From: a virus
Virus record (IMG/VR): IMGVR_UViG_2077657010_000001
Coordinates: 1 to 64,000 of that record
Length of the DNA stretch: 64,000 nucleotides
Strand: one strand, 5' to 3'
The notes under the pieces were generated by a model. That model saw only the letters and a list, made by a program, of their open reading frames with translations, made no database searches and had not been told where the DNA came from. The translations under genes and the position numbers were made by a program. Below, piece by piece: positions 18,166-29,228 of the stretch (position 1 is the stretch's first letter; each line of letters starts with the position of its first letter).

Positions 18166-19803
18166 CTACCTGTACCTAATATATACTGGGAAGGATTTGT
18201 TCCGCACGCGTGTTTCTTTAATCCCATTTGAGCCAAGATTCATCTCGATAAATGTACCCCATCTATCACTGTTCCCGCCTGCGGCACTAACCGACCAGCG
18301 GCCCACAATTCTAAACGGTCCACTTCGGCTGTACCAGTTATTTGACCGGTCCATTGAAGTGAATCGACCTTTACTGTTTTTGATATATGCATTATGATCT
18401 TGATAACTACCTATACCTCTTCCAGGGTCGATACCTGCGCCATTATCAAGAGATCTCATAAATAGGCCGCGCACGTCGGGTAATCTGAACCTACTACCAC
18501 TCTTACCGTAAACCGTACCAATAACCTGATACAGCTCAGGAAAATCATCACGTTCTAACCACGCTCCATTGGCTAAAAGTACCTGATCTTCGGGCGACGG
18601 AGTGTTTGCAAAGTGCACTAACTCACCCACACCACGGCGTGCTAACAGCTTCTTAATTTCTTCTATATCTTTCTCGTTGTTTTTAACGCGGTTTAACAAG
18701 GATTCTATTGCATCGTCTTGTTCGTGGTTTTTCTCCTCCACGTCTACAATGCGTTGATATATCTTAATGTCCTCCGCCTTTAGCTGACGTATCTCACCAT
18801 CTTGGTCGTCATTGCGTTCAGTCTCCTCTTGGATCCTCTCCGCATTGCGATCAATAGATGCTTGCAGTTCTTTGTCGCGTTCACGTAGCCCTTTAATAGC
18901 CGCCCAGATTTCTTTGATCTCATCTTTGATGGCATCAATTTGACGCGTTAAATCAGCAAGGAGTTTTTGGAAGCGATTGAGTTGTTTATCTTGGCGACTC
19001 TGCCCCGCATTGATGCTACTAATAACACCTTGTATGGAACCAATAGTATCATTAATTTCACCAATACGTCTGAATACATCTGAAAACGTTTCTGCATTCT
19101 CACCGAATTGCTTTTGTACATCTTCTAAGAACTTATCGATTTCTTCTTTGAAGTAAGCATTGGCTTGGTGTGCAGTGACTTTATGCGGGTTCTTCTTATC
19201 TTCGAAGTGTTCTTTAAAGCGGCGTTTCAAATCATCTTCGAGTGCTTTAATACGCTTTTTGATGTCAACCATCTGCGCATTGTCGCCAATCATTAATACG
19301 TCGGTCATCTGTCCGATGATATCAACGATGAACTGAAAACCAAACACATCGCCCAAATCATGGATATGGGGCGTGGGTTGAAATAAGTCTGGTTTCTCAA
19401 CGACTTCTCGCCAGTATTGGTTACGGTTATCTAATTCTAACGCTTCAATGGCTTGCTGAATGGCTTCAGCAGTATGTGTATATGGGCCACCAACAATGTT
19501 GGCATGGACTTCTATATCCGTACTGACCTCAGGGTTGATGATAACAATCACCCCTGCAATCTCTAACCCTTTTGTCAGCATTGCTAACTTGCTGTAAAAA
19601 AATACGCATTCATAATCGATACCACGCCGTAATGGTTTGGTGCCGTTGCGTTCTTTAACAGTGAGTCCTTTGGTATAGAAGGGCCCGTGTTTCAATGAAA
19701 ATGCACGGTACTGGTTAACGCCAATAACATGCCTCTCACTGATCCGGTTAGCTTGTCGCTCCCCGGTTAAATCTAGCGGGTAGATTAACTGTTTGAGGCT
19801 CAT
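18166..19803 (-). CDS. Short tail fibre with phage tail collar domain
   Basis: Paralog of 16239-17630 over the N-terminal ~380 aa; collar motif VGEL..FA...LLANGA.....FPELY.VIG..YG....FRLPDVRGLF.R. Confidence 0.9.
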   Translation of the reverse strand: MSLKQLIYPLDLTGERQANRISERHVIGVNQYRAFSLKHGPFYTKGLTVKERNGTKPLRRGIDYECVFFYSKLAMLTKGLEIAGVIVIINPEVSTDIEVHANIVGGPYTHTAEAIQQAIEALELDNRNQYWREVVEKPDLFQPTPHIHDLGDVFGFQFIVDIIGQMTDVLMIGDNAQMVDIKKRIKALEDDLKRRFKEHFEDKKNPHKVTAHQANAYFKEEIDKFLEDVQKQFGENAETFSDVFRRIGEINDTIGSIQGVISSINAGQSRQDKQLNRFQKLLADLTRQIDAIKDEIKEIWAAIKGLRERDKELQASIDRNAERIQEETERNDDQDGEIRQLKAEDIKIYQRIVDVEEKNHEQDDAIESLLNRVKNNEKDIEEIKKLLARRGVGELVHFANTPSPEDQVLLANGAWLERDDFPELYQVIGTVYGKSGSRFRLPDVRGLFMRSLDNGAGIDPGRGIGSYQDHNAYIKNSKGRFTSMDRSNNWYSRSGPFRIVGRWSVSAAGGNSDRWGTFIEMNLGSNGIKETRVRNKSFPVYIRYR

Positions 19804-19842
19804 CTATTAAAAGGTGGTGTGTTACCACACCACCCCCTGCAG

Positions 19843-20241
19843 TTACATGTCTACTGGAGTTGGGCGCTTAGGCCATTTGATATTGTCTGGATCGGTAATG
19901 TCCATCTCATACAATTCAACCCGATACTTGCGCCAATCATTTAACATGCTTTCATATTCAGGCTTTTTACTGAATTCTTTTAAATCGGTAAGGATGTTAA
20001 TCTGCTCTTTTGCAAACGCCAGACTGTCAAGACGTTCACTTTTAGCACGGTCAATTCGCATCCCATCAGTAATTGTTAATGGAGCGATATAATAATCGCC
20101 CGTATCATTAACACCTAGCTCGATTTGAGTAATGTCATGATCGTCGTCACTTTGTAAGACGATCATACCCTCTGGGATATTGACATCACCATCCGCCGTC
20201 CAAAGACACTCTTTTGTCTTTTCATCGAATCCATAAATCAT
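19843..20241 (-). CDS. Tail fibre assembly chaperone (Tfa-like)
   Basis: W.KYRVEL...D......IKWP.RP C-terminal motif. Confidence 0.85.
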   Translation of the reverse strand: MIYGFDEKTKECLWTADGDVNIPEGMIVLQSDDDHDITQIELGVNDTGDYYIAPLTITDGMRIDRAKSERLDSLAFAKEQINILTDLKEFSKKPEYESMLNDWRKYRVELYEMDITDPDNIKWPKRPTPVDM

Positions 20242-20244
20242 TAT

Positions 20245-23200
20245 TTAAACCTCTACATTTTTACGTGCGACTAAGATATATTTAAGGTATGAACTACCAC
20301 CGGACGTTTTAACTTCACCGCCATTGTACACAGACTCCATGCTTGCTTTAATACCATTATCCGATAGTGCGCCGTATATTAGTTTATGGCCACTGTCAGT
20401 ATAGTAACCTCGGTCGTAGCTAAAGTACACTGTACATTCACTCGCTTTAAACCCTGCGGGGACTGGCACGTTAGCACCCGGTCTAACAAACCCTTGTGTA
20501 AAAGCCGTTAACAGTCGGTTCTTTTCCGAGAATAGACGGAGCATGTCTGCAGATGCATAGTAGTTATCAATCTGCTCATCTGGTCTAAAGATATTACGGT
20601 AAGTAGAGTTTGGCTGTGACATTGAACCGTATCCGAAGCTACCGCCGGAACGGAACTTTTGAAGTTCTGGGTGCTCCATAACATTAAATTTCAATGTACT
20701 GACAATATCACTTGGACCATGCTTAGATAGGTCAGTAGATTTGACAAACCCTGTTGCACTCACCGTGAAATCATCACCTACCCGGTCAGCGGTAATACGT
20801 GACCAGTTACCACTCCACCCGCCTAAATTGCCGGTCCCGAGTGCGGATTTTTTAATCAACTTACGCGAGGGTTGGTGGTAGTTGTACCAGATGTCAAACC
20901 GAGACGCATTTTTAATGTGTCCTTCGGTTGAGCGACTCCTCACCGCACACAGTGTATGTTCCTGCCCATCAACAACCTTATATGCCAAGATGATAATAAG
21001 GCCATCATTATCATTGTGCGGCGACCCTACGAGGGTGTCAAAGTGATACTCCCCGACTTCTGTTGGCGATACAAACCCCACGAATGAACCGGAGTTAATA
21101 GGACAGATGATAGCATCGTTACCAGCATCATATTTCCACGATGATAATTCATCCGATTTGGCGGGTTGATTGCTACTATTGAAGATGTGTGAGATACGTG
21201 TCCAATTATCAAACACCTCCTTGAATGTTGGGATTGATAGGTCGTGAAACATCCCCATGTTACGGACTTTACCTAGACCGAATGCATCTTTAGAGACATT
21301 ATTAATCCCGCCATGCGCCATCTTGTTTTTGATGTGCTGTTCGAGCTCATAAATATTCCCCATACGTGTGGCACGTTCGACCTGGATATCAGTAATTCGA
21401 TCGTCCCCGGTAGTACAGTACCCCACATACATGCGATCTTTCCTGTCACTCAACTTACTCTCGTATAGAGTATACTGACCCTTACCATCGACCACTTCGA
21501 CATAAATGTAGAAGGTCTTATTTTTATACCCGTTGATTCCCGGATAGTCGGTGAGATCAATACTCTGTTTAGGGAGAATATAAGTGGTGCCATTGGTATA
21601 GAAACGTTCATCATTAGAGAAGTATATCACCCATCCAGATTTCACTTCAGACAACAGCAAGAGCTTAGTACCCTTACCCGCCATGTCTTTGTTCGGCTCA
21701 TAGGTGGTTGCACTTATCCCGTATGTTGAATACGAATCTTTATACCATAACAATCCTAGGTTTGGGTGGTATCCCCAACCATAGTTTCTATATGTATGTG
21801 CCTGATTAAAAGAGGACTTGATCGTATTATTTTTATTTTCATCAAGTATGAACATCGGCGTTTTCTGACCACTGTTACCAACATAATAGTAACTTGGTGC
21901 TAAGTTTAATGCGTAAAACCAGTTACCGTCATCTAACTTCACACGGATGGGGTTGGCTATACTATCGTCTTTTGTATCGATACCAGTTGGCGAGCCAATT
22001 TTACTGTACGATACCTCACGCCCGACAGCAATCGACGATACTGAACCACCCTCGAATGCTAAGTCAACACTATAAACTGACATCCTACCGGATTTTACAC
22101 CATTATTTTGTACTATGTACCAAATATACACAACAAAGGCATCATGCGCCCCTCGCCAATCCCCGAAGACCGTCATATTCACACGATCATTATCAGGATC
22201 CTCATTGTGTAGTTCAGAGGTACGGACTCTTAGGTCTGAGAGTAATTGGTTGATAACACCACTATCCCAATCCACAGGCTCTATGTAATTACCATTATCA
22301 TACTTAGAGTAGCATGTCCGCTCTGACTGGTTTAATACAAAACCCACGTTCTCACCCACATCCCAACATCTGGGAATGCGGATTATCTTACGGTAGGAGT
22401 CAAACGACTCACGATATGTCGTCGGTCCCCAACCATCGATGCCGTCATAACTGCCATTGATATCAACCGCAGCCACGAAATCCCCACCTGTACGTTGTCT
22501 ACAGACCATCTTATCATCACTAATAAATGTAACAGACCTGGCACCTTTCCCCACAATACTGCCGAAATTACCATTGAAATACTTACGGGATAGGAGGCGT
22601 AAGCTACCAGCACGATTAGCCAAGTTCATATCGTGCCACATGGTGCTACCGGCATTATGTGTAAATGTACATAATCGCCTGATATGATATGCACCTACTG
22701 TTACTGCCAGATGATCTGTTAAAATGTGTGCGGTTGATGTATGGTTAGGGGCAGCATACGGCCACATGCCACCAGTATTGAACTTTGATGTAAAGCCACT
22801 ATCTTTCAGTATGTTGGGATACATGCTTTCAGTGTCGCATGTAATCTCGAAAGTATCTAGGTCTACTGTAATTGTTGCCCCAATATTTCCATAAGCACTT
22901 CCAGTAGGGCTTGAAAAATATGACCGACCTGACTGCGTAACCCTCAGTTTCCCATCTTTCAAATACGCTAAGGTGTTACGGTGAGCGTGGGCGACGTTGT
23001 TGGAACCTGTGAATCTATCATCCTTTCTGAGTATTAGTGGCTTATCGTTTGGATCGCTTGAATGTCCAGTGTTTGTAAAAACAAACATATCCACATTCTC
23101 TTTACGGTTCCCGTGGAAATCCACTCCACTCAATAAGACCTCATTAAAGGCGACAGGCTTACCATCCTCGATATCCTTTCGCAATGCACGCGACATTCGA

Positions 23201-25347
23201 TATGTGAGCCCACCATTTGCAAGTACTAGATATGTACGATATACATAAAACTCATCCATCTCAATATTAGATGAATTATTAGCAGGGACATTACCATTAG
23301 ATAGTACTTCCGCACCTAAATGACTATCGGCGTTCATTGTGCCATTTTGAATCACAACATACTGCTTTCCATTAGAGGCCATCATTAAGAAAACACCACG
23401 GCCTCCACGAATAATTCTAGTTGCGTAAACACCCTGTGGTAGGAATTTAGGTTTATAAGGGACGATGGTGGAAGTAGTGTCCTTCATTACCCCCTCCACT
23501 AATTCGGCATACCAATAATACACACCTTTAGTGCCACCCATCCCCTGTCCATTACGCAGTGCCACTAACCTACCATCTGACTCAATAGATACTGCAGTGG
23601 CACCATAACCATCCCAACTGTCCTTATATGCACCATAGACGGGCACAGGCAAGTAGCCAAACCCACCATATTGGGTAGCATTCAAAACTTGTGGCGGCAT
23701 CATTTCTTCAAGGCGACTTTCACCATCTTTGAGGTCATCAACCATGCCATCTAATAGCAACATCGAGGCAGCTTTGTCTTTTACCCCACCGTACGTCTCA
23801 GACGTCTTACCGATGCCATAAGTTTTTGTGTCAGCAATAGGCATGTTTTTGAATTCGTCTAAGTCATGCTTATGGTCACTTTCTGCGTACTCAGATGCTG
23901 CATCTTTAAACGCATCACTTGCTACTTTCTCATTGGGCGCTGTGTTATCGACATTACCTAACCCAAAATCACTTTTAGTCAATGTGATATCTTTATTAAG
24001 ACGCTTACCACTAACCTTGACTGTATCGTCAACATATTTGTCCGCCAGACGTTTAAGCTCACCTACCGCATATTCACTAGACGCTAATTTAACAGAATCA
24101 CTGAATATGGAATGTGATAATCTAAAAATACCTTCTGACGTTAAGGTAGCGATAGGATAGAACACGTAGCCTGTCAGCGGTGATGATTCAATACCACGTC
24201 CAGATAAATGGATAGTGTCTGACGTTTTAACGTGCAGTATTGTGTCTTCGTACTCTGGGGGTGGTACGAAGTCTTCCATGTTCCCGACATGAATAAGGTA
24301 AAATCCGTTAAATACACACGACTCATCATCGGTCGCCTGACCGGTACTGTGCACGGTGAGCATGTTTTCAGCGGCAGCCACGGCAGTACCGAAACCATCT
24401 TCGCCTTCTTGTTCACGGTCATCACTTTTAAGTGTAATCTCACCATTAGAGATAATATTCATCATCCCATCATTAAGACGAATGGTAGACACACCCATTT
24501 TGTTGCGGATAACCGCATTCTCACCATTGAATGTGAGTCGCCCCTCTAACGTATCACCTACCAATTTAAACAACTCTTCAGTGTCGTCAGCAGTGATGCC
24601 TAGTTCATTTACCACATTGACTAACTGCGCTAGTGTGTATCCATATACTTTCAACGCATCCATTGCTTTTGCGTCTTTATGGAGTGCCCCTAATTGTGTA
24701 TGTGTGGGTTGGTGGGGCGCATACCGGTTTTCGTGGTAAGGTACATCTTCGTCTAAAATGCGTGTATTGAGCGATGTAAGTCGTTCAATTAATTGGTCAA
24801 AGGTTTCCTTTTCCCATTCGTTTAATTGTTGTAGTTTGGCTCTCAGGCGGTCTAATGCCCCAGTAATTGGATCTTCTTCAATGGCCTGTTCGCGGTTGGT
24901 CGGCGCGGACACATCGGGGATGATTTTTTCGTATTTCATCACCGAGACCCAATCAAGGTTACGTGGGTCTTTTAAATCAACCTGAGAGAGGTGTTCTTGG
25001 ATATGGCGTTGTGATACCAAATAACGACTGCCTAGGGTACGGTACTGTTTAAACTTAACCTTACCTTCAAGGCTGTGATCGTTTAACATCACACTACCAA
25101 AAATTGGCCGACGGTTCTTTTCTGAGGCACTCTCGAAATAGTGTCCAAGGTAGTAGTCAAGGCCTTCTAATAATTCACGGTCACTTTCTACGTGAACTAG
25201 AGTGAAATCTTTACGGTAGAATGGTGCGAATGTAGGTATGATACAACGATGTTTATTCGGATAATCCGAGATAGTGTGTACCTCGTCACGAACAACGTTA
25301 CTATCTAACGTTGCATCCGAGTCGTAAGGATATGCGTAATCAGACAT
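20245..25347 (-). CDS. Long tail fibre / receptor-binding protein with C-terminal thrombospondin-C-like domain
   Basis: Shared N-terminal module, GLGNVDNT and GLGKVRN fibre repeats, paralog of 29229-34388; ATG 25347 after GGAG. Confidence 0.85.
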   Translation of the reverse strand: MSDYAYPYDSDATLDSNVVRDEVHTISDYPNKHRCIIPTFAPFYRKDFTLVHVESDRELLEGLDYYLGHYFESASEKNRRPIFGSVMLNDHSLEGKVKFKQYRTLGSRYLVSQRHIQEHLSQVDLKDPRNLDWVSVMKYEKIIPDVSAPTNREQAIEEDPITGALDRLRAKLQQLNEWEKETFDQLIERLTSLNTRILDEDVPYHENRYAPHQPTHTQLGALHKDAKAMDALKVYGYTLAQLVNVVNELGITADDTEELFKLVGDTLEGRLTFNGENAVIRNKMGVSTIRLNDGMMNIISNGEITLKSDDREQEGEDGFGTAVAAAENMLTVHSTGQATDDESCVFNGFYLIHVGNMEDFVPPPEYEDTILHVKTSDTIHLSGRGIESSPLTGYVFYPIATLTSEGIFRLSHSIFSDSVKLASSEYAVGELKRLADKYVDDTVKVSGKRLNKDITLTKSDFGLGNVDNTAPNEKVASDAFKDAASEYAESDHKHDLDEFKNMPIADTKTYGIGKTSETYGGVKDKAASMLLLDGMVDDLKDGESRLEEMMPPQVLNATQYGGFGYLPVPVYGAYKDSWDGYGATAVSIESDGRLVALRNGQGMGGTKGVYYWYAELVEGVMKDTTSTIVPYKPKFLPQGVYATRIIRGGRGVFLMMASNGKQYVVIQNGTMNADSHLGAEVLSNGNVPANNSSNIEMDEFYVYRTYLVLANGGLTYRMSRALRKDIEDGKPVAFNEVLLSGVDFHGNRKENVDMFVFTNTGHSSDPNDKPLILRKDDRFTGSNNVAHAHRNTLAYLKDGKLRVTQSGRSYFSSPTGSAYGNIGATITVDLDTFEITCDTESMYPNILKDSGFTSKFNTGGMWPYAAPNHTSTAHILTDHLAVTVGAYHIRRLCTFTHNAGSTMWHDMNLANRAGSLRLLSRKYFNGNFGSIVGKGARSVTFISDDKMVCRQRTGGDFVAAVDINGSYDGIDGWGPTTYRESFDSYRKIIRIPRCWDVGENVGFVLNQSERTCYSKYDNGNYIEPVDWDSGVINQLLSDLRVRTSELHNEDPDNDRVNMTVFGDWRGAHDAFVVYIWYIVQNNGVKSGRMSVYSVDLAFEGGSVSSIAVGREVSYSKIGSPTGIDTKDDSIANPIRVKLDDGNWFYALNLAPSYYYVGNSGQKTPMFILDENKNNTIKSSFNQAHTYRNYGWGYHPNLGLLWYKDSYSTYGISATTYEPNKDMAGKGTKLLLLSEVKSGWVIYFSNDERFYTNGTTYILPKQSIDLTDYPGINGYKNKTFYIYVEVVDGKGQYTLYESKLSDRKDRMYVGYCTTGDDRITDIQVERATRMGNIYELEQHIKNKMAHGGINNVSKDAFGLGKVRNMGMFHDLSIPTFKEVFDNWTRISHIFNSSNQPAKSDELSSWKYDAGNDAIICPINSGSFVGFVSPTEVGEYHFDTLVGSPHNDNDGLIIILAYKVVDGQEHTLCAVRSRSTEGHIKNASRFDIWYNYHQPSRKLIKKSALGTGNLGGWSGNWSRITADRVGDDFTVSATGFVKSTDLSKHGPSDIVSTLKFNVMEHPELQKFRSGGSFGYGSMSQPNSTYRNIFRPDEQIDNYYASADMLRLFSEKNRLLTAFTQGFVRPGANVPVPAGFKASECTVYFSYDRGYYTDSGHKLIYGALSDNGIKASMESVYNGGEVKTSGGSSYLKYILVARKNVEV

Positions 25348-25421
25348 CCCATACTCCATGTCAGTTAATGTTATTAATCAAAGGATTCGTAGGCTAAGTG
25401 ACTACGAATCCCTGTTATGTG

Positions 25422-28400
25422 TTAAATATCACGTACCCCTATTAGTAAAAAGTTGACAAGCATAGGCTGAGTAATGTCGCCGCCAGCACCATCCTTCTCC
25501 CTCTTGTAATAACAGTCTGCAACGATGTGTCTGTCAGGGCTAGTCATGTCAATATTTCCTGTCATTTCTTTTCCTGATAGGTACGACTTCAACCCCATCC
25601 TAACACCGTCAATAGGGTTATTCTTGTTACTTTTATTCCCCCACCGTCGGATGCCATAATAAGCGATGTATCTTCGACACCCTTTTGGCAGTGGCAGTAG
25701 TCCAGATTTGGAGGTATCAACATATCCTTTCACTACGGGTAAATTTGAACCGTCTCGAATTGACATGTACACCCCTTCCGCTGTAACGTACTTATCACGT
25801 AGTCCACCGATATCCGAACCAATACAGTCAACAGTAAACGATAGTGCGTCATTACCTCCACGTGGGCGGGTAACAATGCCGACGTTCCCACCATCGATGG
25901 CGTTTTTAACAATACCGCTACCGTAGCCGACTTCTTCACGGCCACTATTGTAGATCTGTTCCTTTGAACCATTGTAGTAGTTAACCGTATATTTCATCTT
26001 AATGGCATCTGGAGCAAACACCATATCTGCAATATACTGATACAATTTACGGTCCTGTACGGCGTCGGTCTGTATATCAATGTTGTAAGCAGGGACGCCG
26101 CCATCTAAGCGGTAGCGAATAGTGACATAAAAGGTAGCTGCTGTGTTAATCTCAATGCTCTTAACAATGTACGATTTGATAACAGTTACGATATCGCCAG
26201 TTTCGTCAATAAGCAGTATCTGGAAATAATGTTTGTTGTCAGTGTCCCGACAATCAATGCGTGCGATAACGAAATAGATATTGTCGTCTTCGTCAACATA
26301 TTTGCCAATCACTGCGCCTACATCACGTATGGCGTTATCACCTGACATCGGTGCGGTTATTTTCCAAGAAACCAGTCGTTCGCCCTCCTCGTTGATAAAG
26401 GTGGGGTCCATAAAGTTCATGGTTGGGCTGGCTGCTGCAAAATAATGATTATCATTGGAAGTGCCTTTTAGCTCAACCGACACGCCATCATTTAGGTTGA
26501 CACCACTTTGGATGTAGCGATTCTCTGTCACATTGACTTCGTTAAAGTTATGTGCCATTACCCATTTACGGAAACCGTTATGTGAGCCATCGTCGACATG
26601 GTTGACTGCCTGTTCGTTCTTCACTAGACCCAGCCCGATAGTCGACGGATCTCCCATATCACCAGCATCTGAGTTCATATGTGCTTGAGGGTCGGTTTTA
26701 TGCTCTTCAAGCTCCCTAAACTCACCAACAGACGTCACAGGCTCAGGGACCAATAAATTTCGACCATGGTAATTACTGCGGGCTACTCTATCAATACTCC
26801 CCCAATATTCAGTGTTTCCTGGCTCGGGTAGCGGATTTGATTCGTCGTAAGGGTAACCATCTCTATCTTTGAAAACATAAAGATCCCAATTAGTAGTATC
26901 TGGTTTAGCGAGAACATTACCATCCTTATCCTCCACTTTTAGCAGCGCATTGTACCCACCACGACCACTATCGACGCAGATGGCGGCGAGCGTCATGGTA
27001 TCCCTTGGCGTGCTAACCACATACGGATCACTGTAAAAGCCATATCGAACTGGCTGCGGATTGCCATCAATGTAAACATAAGTGGTGTCGTCTACTTTTG
27101 ATGTAATCACACATTCGTCAACCCCTGTAGTATCTACAACTGTCTTGAAGACGACAGGCCCCCACCGAAACGGTTGTAAGTCAAATCGAGACCCTTCCAA
27201 TACTGGAGTCGATAATGGTCGCGCTTCATCACCCACACTGCTGGTTGTCCAGATAATGCCTTGATCGTCCGTTTCTATAGTTAACACATGCATCCGACTT
27301 GAATTATTGGGATATAACGTCACATCTACAGTGTATGTCAACGATCCCCCAATCACGTTGATATAAACATAAAAAATATTATTTACATGATTTTTAGGGT
27401 ACAGAGCTTTCAAGTCAAACGTCTTAGAAGGCATTTCGGTCTCACTGTCCGAATACATGATTTCGTTTTTATAAAAAACACAATCACTTCCAATTTCAAA
27501 CGTGAAACCCGTATACGGAATGCCGCTAGGTGCAGACCAGTACGATAAGTCAATAGCCGAGGCAGGCATCAATCCACGGAGACTATCTTCCGCATTACTG
27601 ATTTGCTCATCGATTTGTGTTATGACGTAAGGGGATGCTGCAGTGCTGCCTGTTTTCACCTCTTCGATATCATCAGCGATACGAAATATACCCCAAGTAT
27701 CTTCATCGGCCACATCCATATCCATATCTTTAAGATCGTGAACATGACCCTTTTTAGAAAACTGGTCTAGGTATTCCTGCTGTTTGATAGATATAGGTTT
27801 ATCTTTATCTGCAGTATTATCTACCTTGTCTAAGTAGATATCCGTTTTATCAAACGACATACCGTCGCGAATAGGGTAGCCATTGATAGTCTGGCTGTCT
27901 TTAACACGCCCACCCAGCCGCTCACGTAACATATATAACACTTTAGGTGTTGGTGCCGTGGCGATTGACTTTGAGTCAGGGTCGTCTGACAGTTTAATGA
28001 CCCCTCGCTTTGTCAATGTTGCCGTTACATATTTAGCATGTGCCTCTAACTTATTGTCCGGCCTAGAGCTCCCTGTAATATCTACAGTATCCGTATTTTC
28101 AGAAACAACACGCATGCCGGTACCACCCAACTTTTTCAGCATCTCACGCACATTTTCAACGTGGAGTAGTTGGTGGCCATTATACTTAATCGTATCATAC
28201 TGGTAGTTATTGCCTGTCGACACGATCTCAAGGACATTGTTACCGGCTTGCATGGTAACATTGGCATTTCCTGAAGCGTCATCATCGGCATATACTGCCG
28301 TTAACCCATCAGACGTGTATTCAATATTACCGTTATCTAAGGATACCTTACTCGTCCCGCTACTGCTCTTGATTGATAATGTACCCCCATCCAATGTGAA

Positions 28401-29216
28401 ATCATCATGGATGGTTTGATTAGTGGCCTTTTCTAAATATCGGTCTATATCGTCTTGAGTGATGCCACGACTATTGATATACTCTGCTAACTCGAGCAGC
28501 GTTAGGGTGTATGCTTGCATCGCAGATGCCGCGCGACCATCTTCAGGAAGTGCGTCTGCCTGTGTGTAACTAACCTTATGTGGATTAGCTTTATTCGCAA
28601 TGTGGCCTGCAAAGTCATACTGGTCTAAGATGCTATGGACTTGATCGATACGACTATTTAAATAATCGACCGCCTCAACGTCTGACGTGTCCATCGCTTC
28701 CTTAACCGCCTGCGTGATACCATCAATCGATGCTTCCACCCCCTCTTTGTTCACAAAATCTGCATAGTGCTGTTTGTGACGGTGTGGTGTGAATGTCATT
28801 GGTCTATCCAATAGACGTTCATATGGCGTCTTCACCGGGTCTGTGAGGACATTTGCAAGACGTGTAAGTACATCACTGCGGATACCAACAAACGTGTGGC
28901 CTACCGTCCGATAGTCAAGGATGAACTCACCCTTTAGTTCGGGGTTGATGATAGATATCCCCCCAAATAGCTTTCTCCCTGCGATGCGCCGTGCATCTTT
29001 TAGCTCCCATGCAAAGTTAAAGTCACTTCCCTCATTTAACTCTACTTGAGAATCTGCGTGAATTATTTTAAAATCATGTTTAAAGAACGGTGCCAATTCT
29101 GGGACAATCACACGGTACGTATTGTCGTTAGACATGACCATGTGACTCTCACCATGAATGTGGCACTCATCCATCGTACCCATTGGGTCGTGTGGATAAG
29201 TGACACGTATACTCAT
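25422..29216 (-). CDS. Tail fibre protein (paralog lacking the large central region)
   Basis: Shared N-terminal module, NPHKVSYTQ, LDKVDNTAD.DKP.S and GLGLVKN repeats. Confidence 0.85.
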   Translation of the reverse strand: MSIRVTYPHDPMGTMDECHIHGESHMVMSNDNTYRVIVPELAPFFKHDFKIIHADSQVELNEGSDFNFAWELKDARRIAGRKLFGGISIINPELKGEFILDYRTVGHTFVGIRSDVLTRLANVLTDPVKTPYERLLDRPMTFTPHRHKQHYADFVNKEGVEASIDGITQAVKEAMDTSDVEAVDYLNSRIDQVHSILDQYDFAGHIANKANPHKVSYTQADALPEDGRAASAMQAYTLTLLELAEYINSRGITQDDIDRYLEKATNQTIHDDFTLDGGTLSIKSSSGTSKVSLDNGNIEYTSDGLTAVYADDDASGNANVTMQAGNNVLEIVSTGNNYQYDTIKYNGHQLLHVENVREMLKKLGGTGMRVVSENTDTVDITGSSRPDNKLEAHAKYVTATLTKRGVIKLSDDPDSKSIATAPTPKVLYMLRERLGGRVKDSQTINGYPIRDGMSFDKTDIYLDKVDNTADKDKPISIKQQEYLDQFSKKGHVHDLKDMDMDVADEDTWGIFRIADDIEEVKTGSTAASPYVITQIDEQISNAEDSLRGLMPASAIDLSYWSAPSGIPYTGFTFEIGSDCVFYKNEIMYSDSETEMPSKTFDLKALYPKNHVNNIFYVYINVIGGSLTYTVDVTLYPNNSSRMHVLTIETDDQGIIWTTSSVGDEARPLSTPVLEGSRFDLQPFRWGPVVFKTVVDTTGVDECVITSKVDDTTYVYIDGNPQPVRYGFYSDPYVVSTPRDTMTLAAICVDSGRGGYNALLKVEDKDGNVLAKPDTTNWDLYVFKDRDGYPYDESNPLPEPGNTEYWGSIDRVARSNYHGRNLLVPEPVTSVGEFRELEEHKTDPQAHMNSDAGDMGDPSTIGLGLVKNEQAVNHVDDGSHNGFRKWVMAHNFNEVNVTENRYIQSGVNLNDGVSVELKGTSNDNHYFAAASPTMNFMDPTFINEEGERLVSWKITAPMSGDNAIRDVGAVIGKYVDEDDNIYFVIARIDCRDTDNKHYFQILLIDETGDIVTVIKSYIVKSIEINTAATFYVTIRYRLDGGVPAYNIDIQTDAVQDRKLYQYIADMVFAPDAIKMKYTVNYYNGSKEQIYNSGREEVGYGSGIVKNAIDGGNVGIVTRPRGGNDALSFTVDCIGSDIGGLRDKYVTAEGVYMSIRDGSNLPVVKGYVDTSKSGLLPLPKGCRRYIAYYGIRRWGNKSNKNNPIDGVRMGLKSYLSGKEMTGNIDMTSPDRHIVADCYYKREKDGAGGDITQPMLVNFLLIGVRDI

Positions 29217-29228
29217 ATTACGCTCCTA

